Positions 1 through 8,527 of a stretch of DNA of 15,187 nt are shown here, piece by piece (positions within the stretch are counted from its first letter, which is position 1; each line of letters opens with the position of its first letter). Under the pieces are notes generated by a model. That model saw only the letters and a list, made by a program, of their open reading frames with translations, was not told the origin of the DNA and ran no database searches. The stretch is from positions 1-15,187 of the forward strand of contig JAYEKO010000048.1 of assembly GCA_034661055.1 (NCBI GenBank). The letters run 5' to 3'. A program made the position numbers and the translations under genes. Source of the DNA: Campylobacterota bacterium (GTDB lineage: Bacteria; Campylobacterota; Campylobacteria; Campylobacterales; Sulfurimonadaceae).

Positions 1-322
1 ACAGAGCAGCCTTTGTCATGATGATAATATACAATCAATTCTATTTTATCCACGAACAAGAGAAAATATTGCCATAAGACTTTATGATGATCAAGACGGT
101 CAAATAGATTTTTTAACGGGAACAGAAGACTATACTACAATTTATCGCAACACAAAGGAGATTAAAACACCGTTTTGTGTTAATGGACTAGAGCATGATA
201 CTAGCTCAAAGGAGAGTGCACAAGGCTTTCATGTTAATTACCACGAAGCTACTGGTCCACATGAAGACGGATTAAACAATCATGTATCACATATTAAGCT
301 CGTGGATGAAGATGACCTGTGA
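1..322 (+). CDS. 3' part of a hypothetical protein (5' end lies outside the window)
   Basis: Not in the ORF track. Frame 2 is open from base 2 to TGA at 320-322 (106 codons: QSSLCHDDNIQSILFYPRTRENIAIRLYDDQDGQIDFLTG...HVSHIKLVDEDDL*). A stop-free run this long is unlikely by chance in AT-rich DNA. No family recognised. Confidence 0.7.
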   Translation, partial: QSSLCHDDNIQSILFYPRTRENIAIRLYDDQDGQIDFLTGTEDYTTIYRNTKEIKTPFCVNGLEHDTSSKESAQGFHVNYHEATGPHEDGLNNHVSHIKLVDEDDL

Positions 323-336
323 TTTGCGTTTTTTTT

Positions 337-627
337 ATGATTGATTTTAAAACCTTAAAAGAACTTGCTCAGCACCTTTGTATTCTTTATGTTGAAGACG
401 ATGAAGTCTTACGGACTAAAACGGCACGTATCTTTAGCAATCTTTTTAAACATGTAGATATTGCACAAGATGGAAACATTGGACTGCATCTTTATAGCGA
501 GTATCATTTAAATACAAATGAATATTACGATATCGTCATTAGTGATATTCAGATGCCTAACCTTGACGGTATTGGATTAAGTAAGGCAATATTTGAGATT
601 AACAAAGAAAAGTTTACCTTCTTATAA
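337..627 (+). pseudogene. Truncated response-regulator receiver (REC) domain
   Basis: Likely start is ATG 337 (MIDFKTLKEL...). It has the acidic pocket ILYVEDD and the phospho-Asp motif IVISDIQMPNLDG. It stops at INKEKFTFL*, before beta4 (Ser/Thr) and beta5 (Lys-Pro), so the domain is incomplete. Confidence 0.75.
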
Positions 628-802
628 AAAAATTGATGTGCCTCATCGGAGTGTTCATGAATATGTTCTTAAAAATATGAAATATATTGAAGAAAATAAC
701 ACTATGAAGAATAAAGAAGCTATCATAGATAACTTCACTAAAATGGAGAATTCTAGCAGTGAGTTATTTACAATTCTTGATGATATCCTTCGAGAGAGTT
801 AA
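611..802 (+). pseudogene. C-terminal fragment of a CZB (chemoreceptor zinc-binding) domain, probably from an MCP-type gene
   Basis: SLPSYKKIDVPHRSVHEY...FTKMENSSSELFTILDDI matches the second half of CZB (LPsy..l..pH..vH ... me..S..l...Ld.l). The first His and the Cys (C.fG.W motif) are absent. The ORF-track TTG start at 593 lies inside the REC gene and has no RBS. Confidence 0.65.
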
Positions 803-876
803 GAGTGATCCTAAGCCAGAAATATTTAATACTTATCAAGGAAGTTAATATGATAGTACCAAATTTAAGGTGTAAA

Positions 877-885
877 GGGGGGGGG
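877..885 (+). repeat. G9 homopolymer tract
   Basis: tgtaaa-GGGGGGGGG-agtgc read directly. It is the only long G/C homopolymer I noticed in the window. Confidence 0.9.
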
Positions 886-895
886 AGTGCTTTTA

Positions 896-2350
896 TTAAT
901 CACTGTTATTGAGAAGTGTACGCATCCACTCAATGGTAAAACGTACACCAATCCCCGTAGCACCGTAGGGGTGACAATCCCAAGGGGATTCACTATATGC
1001 TGGTCCTGCAATATCAAAGTGCATCCACTTTTTCTTCATATCTTCATCAATAAAGCTATCTAAAAACATTCCTGCAGTAATAGCACCACCAAAAGGCTTG
1101 GAGCCTACGTTACTGATATCAGCAATCTCACTCTTAAGAAGTTTTTTAAGATGATTATTAAATGGTAGTGATGCTAACAGTTCACCGCTTGGAGCAGACA
1201 CTTTGCTAAATTGATGTTTTAAAGAGTGTGAGTGCCCCATCATACCAGCAGTATATGGACCAAGAGCAACCATGCATGCACCCGTGAGTGTAGCATAATC
1301 AAAAATGAAATCTGCTTTTACCTCTTGTTGAGCATAAGCCAAAGTGTCCGCCAGAACCAATCGACCTTCAGCGTCTGTATTACGGACTTCAATAGTTGTC
1401 CCATTTTTAGCTGTTAGTACATCATCAGGCTTATAAGCATTTCCTGCTACCATGTTTTCAGCAGCTCCTATAAAACCGTGAACTTCAATAGGAAGCTTAA
1501 GTTTACTAACCGCTTTTACTATGCCTAAGACAGCACAAGCTCCTGCTTTATCCATCTTCATGCTAATCATGGAAGTAGGCGATTTAAGACTTAATCCACC
1601 GCTATCATAAGTTAAGCCTTTTCCTACTAATGAAATTACATGTAAAGGGTTCTCTGGTTTATAACTTACATGTATTAGTCGTGGTTTATGGATTGAAGCA
1701 CGACCAACAGCTAGCATTGCATTCATATTTTCATTTTCTAGATCATACTCATCTAAGATATTGCATGTAAGAGAGTTGCTTTGAGCAAGATCATGTGCAA
1801 TAGCAGCTAAAGAGGGAGGGGTAATGTCGTTTGGAATAGTATTGACCAAGTCTCGTACAAAATTTGCTGCTTCTGAGACAATTACAGTTTCATCTACAAT
1901 AGTTTCTAGCTCTTTAGAATCTAGCATCACACCATCAAAGTTCTCTACTGAGACAACAAGTTCTTTAAATGATGAAGGCTCGTTTTTAGATTTATAGGTA
2001 TCAAAACTGTAAAATCCAAGAACAAAACCCTCTATTATTGCTTGTGCATTTTTCACAAAGTATTGTCCTGCTTTAGCGCTAGTGTAGTTGGAACTTTTGA
2101 GAGTACGTATCGCTTTTGTAGCAGACAAGCGTAGTGAATCACGATTGAGTTTTTCAGTACCACAATACATTATGTTCTTCTCATGTAGCAGGCAGATCTG
2201 ATCTTGTTTTGCACTAAAGCCGGCTCTATTTAGTAACTCTTTATCATCAGTGTTTTCTAATAATTTTTCTGTAACAAAAATTATGGTTATTTCACTGTCT
2301 ATAGCTCTTAACGCCTGATTTGAAAACTTTAAATTCATACTTTTCTCCAT
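896..2350 (-). CDS. pepA: Leucyl aminopeptidase (M17 family)
   Basis: M17 metal-binding motifs LVGKGLTYDSGGLSLK, MKMDKAGA, NTDAEGRLVLAD, ATLTGA and HFDIAGPA. Ends in tandem TAA TAA. Confidence 0.97.
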   Translation of the reverse strand: MEKSMNLKFSNQALRAIDSEITIIFVTEKLLENTDDKELLNRAGFSAKQDQICLLHEKNIMYCGTEKLNRDSLRLSATKAIRTLKSSNYTSAKAGQYFVKNAQAIIEGFVLGFYSFDTYKSKNEPSSFKELVVSVENFDGVMLDSKELETIVDETVIVSEAANFVRDLVNTIPNDITPPSLAAIAHDLAQSNSLTCNILDEYDLENENMNAMLAVGRASIHKPRLIHVSYKPENPLHVISLVGKGLTYDSGGLSLKSPTSMISMKMDKAGACAVLGIVKAVSKLKLPIEVHGFIGAAENMVAGNAYKPDDVLTAKNGTTIEVRNTDAEGRLVLADTLAYAQQEVKADFIFDYATLTGACMVALGPYTAGMMGHSHSLKHQFSKVSAPSGELLASLPFNNHLKKLLKSEIADISNVGSKPFGGAITAGMFLDSFIDEDMKKKWMHFDIAGPAYSESPWDCHPYGATGIGVRFTIEWMRTLLNNSD

Positions 2351-2355
2351 AGTTT

Positions 2356-3555
2356 TTAGTTAAAATGTAATATATCTTTTGCCTGTATCATATCTTTATC
2401 ACCACGACCTGAGAGGTTAATAATGATAATTTTGTTTTTTATATCTTCGATTTTTTTTAGATATGCAACTGCATGTGAGCTTTCAAATGCTGGAATAATT
2501 CCTTCCTTTTGAGAGAGCCACACAAAAGCATCAAGTGCTTCTTCATCGGTAACATTGTCATAGCTGATTGATTTATTATCTTTGTGAAATGCATGTTCAG
2601 GACCTATACCTGGGTAGTCAAGGCCTGCTGAAATAGAGTGTGCCTCTAATATCTGTCCATCATCATCTTGAAGCAGGTAGCTTATTTGACCATGAAGAAC
2701 ACCAGGTCGTCCTTTTTGCAGAGATGCTCCATGCTTATCTGTCTCGACACCATGTCCACCTGCTTCAATTCCAATGCACTCAACTTCTTCATCATCTAAA
2801 AAGTGTTGAAATGCACCAATTGCATTAGATCCACCGCCAATACAAGCAATGATACTATCAGGCAATCGACCCTCTTTTTCTAAAATCTGCTCACGTGCTT
2901 CACAGCCAATAATAGCTTGAAAATCACGAACCATCATAGGGTAGGGGTGAGGACCAGCAACTGTTCCAATAATATAAAACGTATCGCGTGCATGAGTGAC
3001 CCAGTGACGAATAGCATCATTCATAGCATCTTTTAGAGTACAAGAGCCACTCTCGACAGAGTTGACCTTTGCTCCAAGAAGCTTCATACGAAAGACATTA
3101 AGCTCCTGACGTGCCACATCTTTAGCTCCCATGAATATTTCACACTCTAAGTCCAAGAGGGCACAGATGGTAGCAGTAGCAACACCGTGTTGACCAGCAC
3201 CAGTCTCTGCAATTACTTTTTTCATGCCTAGTCGTTTTGCCATAAGGCCTTGTACAATGACGTTGTTAACCTTATGTGCTCCGGTATGGTTTAAGTCTTC
3301 ACGCTTTAAATAGATTTTAGCACCTAGTTCATCAGAGATGTTTTTAGCATAGTACAGTGGAGAAGGGCGGCCTACATAGTCTTTTAAATAGTAATCAACC
3401 TCTTTCCAGAAACTTTCATCAAAGCGTATTTTTTCATACTCATCTTTTAGTTCTAGTAGTGCCGGCATTAGTGTTTCAGGAACATAGCGTCCCCCAAAAA
3501 TACCAAAATGTCCATTTTCATCAGGATCAAACGTAGAAGGGGAAGGGATATACAT
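2356..3555 (-). CDS. trpB: Tryptophan synthase beta chain (TrpB1 type)
   Basis: [13 protein letters not shown]-lysine motif [50 protein letters not shown]. The ATG at 3555 overlaps the apt stop (TGATG), so it is preferred over the TTG at 3558. Confidence 0.97.
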   Translation of the reverse strand: MYIPSPSTFDPDENGHFGIFGGRYVPETLMPALLELKDEYEKIRFDESFWKEVDYYLKDYVGRPSPLYYAKNISDELGAKIYLKREDLNHTGAHKVNNVIVQGLMAKRLGMKKVIAETGAGQHGVATATICALLDLECEIFMGAKDVARQELNVFRMKLLGAKVNSVESGSCTLKDAMNDAIRHWVTHARDTFYIIGTVAGPHPYPMMVRDFQAIIGCEAREQILEKEGRLPDSIIACIGGGSNAIGAFQHFLDDEEVECIGIEAGGHGVETDKHGASLQKGRPGVLHGQISYLLQDDDGQILEAHSISAGLDYPGIGPEHAFHKDNKSISYDNVTDEEALDAFVWLSQKEGIIPAFESSHAVAYLKKIEDIKNKIIIINLSGRGDKDMIQAKDILHFN

Positions 3556-4100
3556 CAATCAATTCCTATTACAGTATAAATATTGGTGAGCTCTTCAATC
3601 TTTTGCTGACCATCTAGAAAATCAAGTCCAAGAATAAAGCAGGCTTCAACACATTCACCCTGAGATTTATTGACAAGTTTAACCGCAGCTTCAGCAGTTC
3701 CACCTGTTGCAATTAAGTCATCAATAAGCAGGACCCTTGCATTGCTTACACCACGAAATGCATCTACATGTATTTCTACTTCATCACTTCCGTATTCAAG
3801 GTCGTACGCTTCTGAAGCAGTTTGATGAGGAAGTTTTCCTTTCTTTCGAATAGGAACAAAGCCGACATTTAGCATCTGTGCTAGCGTCGCACCAAAAATA
3901 AATCCGCGGGCATCGATACCTGCAATAAAATCGAGATTATAATCTTCATATCTATTTTTAAGATGGTTCATTAGTGCAGAGTAGGCTGCTGCATCATTGA
4001 GTAGGGTTGTAATATCTTTAAAGACAATTCCCGGTTCAGGAAAGTCATGGATATCTCTAATTGAATCTACTATAAGTTCTTTATCATTACTATTTAACAT
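3555..4100 (-). CDS. apt: Adenine phosphoribosyltransferase
   Basis: [40 protein letters not shown] and the PRPP motif [13 protein letters not shown]. Confidence 0.97.
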   Translation of the reverse strand: MLNSNDKELIVDSIRDIHDFPEPGIVFKDITTLLNDAAAYSALMNHLKNRYEDYNLDFIAGIDARGFIFGATLAQMLNVGFVPIRKKGKLPHQTASEAYDLEYGSDEVEIHVDAFRGVSNARVLLIDDLIATGGTAEAAVKLVNKSQGECVEACFILGLDFLDGQQKIEELTNIYTVIGID

Positions 4101-4103
4101 GTT

Positions 4104-4436
4104 TTAAATAAGAGCATCAATACGGCTCTCAAGCTCCTTAATTTTATCTTTTAATCTATCACCAGAGACTCTATGTTGAGAGTTTCTCTGCTTTAATGTT
4201 TTAATTTCACTACGTAGTTTAGCTACTTCGTCACTTAAAATATCTACATTACCTAGTGCTCGTTGGAGTTGAATCTGATATTTTCGAATGAGAACTTCGG
4301 CCTCTTTAAGTGTCAGTTTCATCATATCATTACTTTTTTGCTCTTTTATAGTAATGCTTTTAAAATAGAACATTTTTACAAACAAAAATATTGCAATAAT
4401 TGATAAAACAGTTAAAATTGACCATTCCCAAAACAT
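4104..4436 (-). CDS. Hypothetical protein with N-terminal membrane anchor and coiled coil
   Basis: Hydrophobic N-terminus (WSILTVLSIIAIFLFV) followed by heptad-like Leu/Ile/Lys/Glu helices. It fills the rpiB-apt gap with 3-bp spacers. Confidence 0.85.
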   Translation of the reverse strand: MFWEWSILTVLSIIAIFLFVKMFYFKSITIKEQKSNDMMKLTLKEAEVLIRKYQIQLQRALGNVDILSDEVAKLRSEIKTLKQRNSQHRVSGDRLKDKIKELESRIDALI

Positions 4437-4439
4437 TAG

Positions 4440-4877
4440 TTATCCTTCTATAGCTTCAATTTTGCCAACACGTCCACAGTGACGACCACCCTCAAAGCTC
4501 CAAGAGAGCCAACCGTCAATAATAGACTCAGCAACACCTTGACCTACAATACGCTCACCAAAACATAATATGTTGGCATCATTATGCCCACGTGCAACTT
4601 GTGCAGTATAAGCGTCATGACATAGAGCAGCACGAATTCCTTTGTGGCGATTTGCAGCCATGCTCATGCCAATGCCTGAGCCACAGATAAGAATACCTTG
4701 TGATCCCTCATTCTCAAGAACACTAGTAGCTACCTTAACAGCATAGTCAGGGTAGTCCACACGATCTTTACTAAAAGGCCCTAAGTCGACCACCTCATGT
4801 CCTTTACTTTTTAAAAGCTCAACTGTAAAATCTTTTAGGTCAATTCCTGCATGATCTGTCGCAACATAAAATTTCAT
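4440..4877 (-). CDS. rpiB: Ribose 5-phosphate isomerase B
   Basis: ATDHAG, DYPDYA, catalytic ICGSGIGMSMAANR, HNDANIL, FEGGRH. RBS-like GGAGAGAG upstream. Confidence 0.96.
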   Translation of the reverse strand: MKFYVATDHAGIDLKDFTVELLKSKGHEVVDLGPFSKDRVDYPDYAVKVATSVLENEGSQGILICGSGIGMSMAANRHKGIRAALCHDAYTAQVARGHNDANILCFGERIVGQGVAESIIDGWLSWSFEGGRHCGRVGKIEAIEG

Positions 4878-4886
4878 TCTTCTCTC

Positions 4887-5564
4887 CTAAGGTAATAGTA
4901 GTTTTAAAACCATCTGAATGGGTAAAAAAAGTACATAGTCTTTTAGTGGTGTCATTAAGATAATTACCACAATAATCATGCCGTAAGGCTCCGCTTTTTG
5001 AAAGAACTCAGTAATCTTGTAAAATTTATATTTTGCACTCAAATACATCACAAAATGTGCTCCGTCAAACTGGGGAATAGGAAGCAGATTAAACACTGCA
5101 AGTACCACATTAATAAGCATAAGCTTCATGACAAACAGGTAAGTAAAAACATAGGTTAATGAGTCAGCAGTTGTAGGTTGATCCATCGATACTAACACAA
5201 TTGATGCAATGGTTGCCATAAAAAGGTTGTATGCAATTCCTGCAAGAGAGACCTGCATGGCAGCATTATAGCCACCTTGATTAATAACGGTTCGTGTATT
5301 AACAGGCACGGGCTTTGCCCAACCAAACAGTAGTCCGCTCTCAGCACCAGCTAGCATAGGTAAAAAATACATGGCAGCAGGAACAATGATGGATCCAACT
5401 AAGTCAATATGAGAAATTGGATTAATAGAGAGTCTTCCAGCATCTTTAGCTGTGCTGTCACCGTAGGCGTAGGCAACTAAGCCATGCATGATTTCATGTC
5501 CGATTATGGCAACGAGTAGGGCTAAGATTGCCGCAACAATCTTTAATATTTCAATAGAGTCCAT
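4887..5564 (-). CDS. Site-2 protease family (M50) intramembrane metalloprotease
   Basis: HEIMH zinc motif, GRLSINPISHID, FGWAKPVPVN, FNLLPIPQFDG and several TM helices. Confidence 0.93.
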   Translation of the reverse strand: MDSIEILKIVAAILALLVAIIGHEIMHGLVAYAYGDSTAKDAGRLSINPISHIDLVGSIIVPAAMYFLPMLAGAESGLLFGWAKPVPVNTRTVINQGGYNAAMQVSLAGIAYNLFMATIASIVLVSMDQPTTADSLTYVFTYLFVMKLMLINVVLAVFNLLPIPQFDGAHFVMYLSAKYKFYKITEFFQKAEPYGMIIVVIILMTPLKDYVLFLPIQMVLKLLLP

Positions 5565-6369
5565 AGTCGTCTTTATCTTCTTTAATACGTTCTGCTATAG
5601 CACGATCTAAAATCTCTTTTTGCTCTAAATCTTCTGGAAACTTTCCAATACGCTCCCAGCGAATTTCCCAGTTGTCATCCATGCTAAAGTAAATAAACCA
5701 AGGGGTGCCCTCAATTAAGCCATAGGGAACGGTTCCCCAGAAACGGCTATCGTTAGAGTGGTCACGATTGTCTCCCATCATAAAGAACTCATTTTCTGGT
5801 ACTTTTACAAATGGTAAATTAAAAATTTGTTGCGGATAACGCCCATCATCAATGATTTTTTCGTCATGATGAATACCGGGGTGTTCTTTCATATATGGAT
5901 TCTTAACCCACAGTTTTCCGGCAAAATTAATAGTCTTAGAGTCTGCATAGTTCTCTTTGATAAACTCATTTCCCTCAGCCGGGTGAAGGTATAGATCTTT
6001 CTCTAGTAAAAAGAGTTCATCCCCAGGCGTACCGACACAACGTTTTACATAATGAAGTTGTGGGTTTTTTGGGTAGCGAAAGATTACAATATCACCACGT
6101 TCTGGTTTGTCACCGTCAATAATGTGACCATCTGTCCCGGGAATTAGAGGAATCTCTAAAAATGGAAGGTGCGGTGTTGGTGTTCCATAAACAAATTTTT
6201 TGGCAAAAAGATGATCTCCAATAAGCAGTGAATCTTTCATAGATCCACTGGGGATTCTAAATGCTTGAGCAATAAAGAAGATAACGAAAAGAACAATAAT
6301 AATTGTTCCGGTCCACGAGTTAGAAAATTTATATGCTTTATGAGCAACATCAAGTGCTTTTTTCTTCAA
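5551..6369 (-). CDS. lepB: Signal peptidase I
   Basis: TM anchor, catalytic Ser in IPSGSM, Lys in YVKRCVG and box E MMGDNRDHSNDSRFWG. The TTG start directly abuts the folD stop. Confidence 0.96.
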   Translation of the reverse strand: MKKKALDVAHKAYKFSNSWTGTIIIVLFVIFFIAQAFRIPSGSMKDSLLIGDHLFAKKFVYGTPTPHLPFLEIPLIPGTDGHIIDGDKPERGDIVIFRYPKNPQLHYVKRCVGTPGDELFLLEKDLYLHPAEGNEFIKENYADSKTINFAGKLWVKNPYMKEHPGIHHDEKIIDDGRYPQQIFNLPFVKVPENEFFMMGDNRDHSNDSRFWGTVPYGLIEGTPWFIYFSMDDNWEIRWERIGKFPEDLEQKEILDRAIAERIKEDKDDYGLY

Positions 6370-7224
6370 TTATGCCTCTTTTGAGTGTGCAAATGCTGCA
6401 CGAAATGTGTTTTTTAGTAACATTGCTATGGTCATGGGACCGACACCACCTGGTACCGGTGTTATGTAAGAGCATTTTGGTGAGACGTTCTCAAAGTCTA
6501 CATCACCCACAAGTTTACCGTTAGGTGCACGGTTAATCCCAATGTCAATAACAATAGCATCTTCTTTAACCATATCTTCTGTAATAAGGTTTATTAGACC
6601 AACTCCTACAAGAACAATATCAGCCTCTTTGGTGAATGAGGTGAGGTCTTTAGTGTAGATATGAGTTAGTGAAACAGTTGCATTAGCATTTAGCAGTAGT
6701 GCTGCCATAGGTTTTCCAACAATATTAGAGGCACCAACAACGACAGCATTTTTACCTTTTACATCAATATCATACTCAGCTAAAAGCTCCATGACCCCTA
6801 GTGGCGTACACGGAACAAAACCATCAAGTCCGGTGGTTAGCCGACCTACATTGTAAGGATGAAAACCATCAACGTCTTTAGAAGGTGCAACCAGTTCAAG
6901 TAACTTGGTGGTATCAATCTGTTTAGGGAGTGGAAGTTGAATTAAAATACCGTCAATATTGGGGTTATTATTCATCATGGTAATGGTATTTTCAATGGCA
7001 TCTTGAGAGATATCTTCAGGCATCTCATGAGTCACAGAATAAAAACCTACACGATCACAAGCCTTTTTCTTCATGCCTACATAGGCTGCACTTGCCGGAT
7101 CATTTCCAACAAGAATAACAGCTAGTCCAGGAACACGACTCGTTTGAGCTTTTAACTTTTTAACATCATCTGCAACACTGTTTTCAATTTTTTTAGAGAG
7201 TATTTTTCCGTCTAGAATCTGCAT
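6370..7224 (-). CDS. folD: Bifunctional methylenetetrahydrofolate dehydrogenase/cyclohydrolase
   Basis: PGLAVILVG, YVGMKK, GILIQLPLP, KDVDGFHP, PCTPLG, SNIVGKP, ITPVPGGVGPMT. Confidence 0.97.
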   Translation of the reverse strand: MQILDGKILSKKIENSVADDVKKLKAQTSRVPGLAVILVGNDPASAAYVGMKKKACDRVGFYSVTHEMPEDISQDAIENTITMMNNNPNIDGILIQLPLPKQIDTTKLLELVAPSKDVDGFHPYNVGRLTTGLDGFVPCTPLGVMELLAEYDIDVKGKNAVVVGASNIVGKPMAALLLNANATVSLTHIYTKDLTSFTKEADIVLVGVGLINLITEDMVKEDAIVIDIGINRAPNGKLVGDVDFENVSPKCSYITPVPGGVGPMTIAMLLKNTFRAAFAHSKEA

Positions 7225-7292
7225 TTATTCACCATAAAATATATTTTAGATATGATACCGATAATTAAATAATGATTGGATAAAAACAGACT
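7225..7292. promoter_or_regulatory. Divergent promoter region for the folD and cytochrome c operons
   Basis: 68-bp AT-rich gap between head-to-head genes. The minus strand has -10-like ggTATCAT and TAAAAT plus GGTGA before the folD ATG. The plus strand has GATAAT at 7260-7265. Exact promoters are not determinable from sequence alone. Confidence 0.55.
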
Positions 7293-7631
7293 TTGAAATA
7301 CATGTATTTAGTGTTACTGTGCTTAAATCTGCATGCCAAAAGCTCTTTTATTACACCAGAAGAGTACTCTACTCAGCTCTATTATTCTCCAAGGGGTATT
7401 GGTTGTGACAACTGTCATGGCGACAAAGGAGAGGGTAGAGTTGTTGCAAACTATGCAGATAAAAAAGAGATTAAAAACTTTAGTGGTCCAGCAATAAACA
7501 ACATCTCTTATGAGCAGTTTTACCGTGCAATGATAAAGCGAAAACGTGGTATGCCTCGCTATTTTTTAATTGATGATGAGATCAAAGCACTCTATTTTTA
7601 TCTTCATACAGAAGAGCTTAATGAAAAATAG
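7293..7631 (+). CDS. Small periplasmic monoheme c-type cytochrome
   Basis: Signal peptide-like N-terminus (MKYMYLVLLCLNLHA), heme motif CDNCH, probable axial Met in GMPRY, and C-terminal helix DDEIKALYFYL. TTG start. Confidence 0.85.
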   Translation: MKYMYLVLLCLNLHAKSSFITPEEYSTQLYYSPRGIGCDNCHGDKGEGRVVANYADKKEIKNFSGPAINNISYEQFYRAMIKRKRGMPRYFLIDDEIKALYFYLHTEELNEK

Positions 7632-8457
7632 TTTTAGATCAGCACTGATGCTCTCAGCCCACAACTTAAAACATCTTAAAAAAATTGATGAACTCTCAGC
7701 TGATTGCATTATTCTTAACTTAGAAGATGGTGTTGCACCTGAGCTAAAATCATTAGCACTATCTCAGTGTGCTGATGCTCTCTCAAAGAACACTGGCAAA
7801 AAGAGTCTTATTGTTCGTGTTAATGCATTAGATGAAGGTGGTGAGAATGAGATTTTGCACTTAAATAGTTACAGACCCGATGCCATACGTATCCCAAAAG
7901 TACGTACGCTATTGGATGTAAATCGTGCTTTAGAGCTTATAGATGAAGGTATTGATGTCCATCTCTCCATTGAGACAAAAGAGGCGTGGCTCAATCTTAA
8001 AGCTCTAGCACCCAATAGAAGAGTTAGCACTTTTTATTTGGGTATTTTAGACCTGTTTGCAGAGTTGAAGTTATCGCAAGACCTTATAGCAATAACTAAC
8101 CCAACTGTTCACTACATTTTGTCGCATTTTTTAATTACATGTAAATCTATGGGTGTTGAACCAGTCTCTTTTGTTTTTCAAGACTATAAAAACATTAATG
8201 GCTTTAAGGAGTGGCTAGAGCTTGAAAAAGGTATGGGTTTTACGGCCAAAGGCTGCATATCTCCTAGGCAAGCAGAACTCGTTAATCATATGTTTAAATA
8301 TGATAAAAGTACTATTTCTAGGGCAGAAAAAATTGTATTTCTTTTTGAGAAGCATCAACAAAAAGGCGTAACTGGTTTTAGTGATGAGGAGCTTGGTTTC
8401 ATTGATGAACCTATCTACAAAGGTGCAAAAAACATAATCATTCACAACGCAAAATGA
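7621..8457 (+). CDS. CitE-like CoA ester lyase (HpcH/HpaI aldolase/citrate lyase family)
   Basis: RSALMLSA, ADCIILNLEDGVA, VRVN, IPKV, SIET, LGILDL, GFTAKGCISPRQ and FIDEPIY follow the CitE TIM-barrel pattern. The likely start is ATG 7621 (AGAAGAG upstream, overlapping the cytochrome c stop) rather than 7570. Confidence 0.85.
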   Translation: MKNSFRSALMLSAHNLKHLKKIDELSADCIILNLEDGVAPELKSLALSQCADALSKNTGKKSLIVRVNALDEGGENEILHLNSYRPDAIRIPKVRTLLDVNRALELIDEGIDVHLSIETKEAWLNLKALAPNRRVSTFYLGILDLFAELKLSQDLIAITNPTVHYILSHFLITCKSMGVEPVSFVFQDYKNINGFKEWLELEKGMGFTAKGCISPRQAELVNHMFKYDKSTISRAEKIVFLFEKHQQKGVTGFSDEELGFIDEPIYKGAKNIIIHNAK

Positions 8458-8527
8458 GCAGAGTACATTTTACTGCACTAATTTTTGGTTTTTAAAGGTG
8501 CTCTTAAATAATAATGGTGGTTTTTTA

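Noticed and set aside
1232..1417. 61-aa plus-strand ORF
   Set aside because: Antisense shadow inside pepA with no motif or RBS.
2640..2828. 62-aa His-rich plus-strand ORF
   Set aside because: Antisense to trpB; the CAT/CAC codons come from reverse-complemented trpB sequence.
6333..6524. 63-aa plus-strand ORF
   Set aside because: Antisense to the folD/lepB junction with no support.
8215..8445. 76-aa minus-strand ORF
   Set aside because: Antisense within the CitE-like gene.
8458..8495. Weak hairpin gcagagta-cattt-tactgc followed by T-rich sequence
   Set aside because: The stem is short and bulged and the U-tract is not adjacent, so it cannot be called a terminator.
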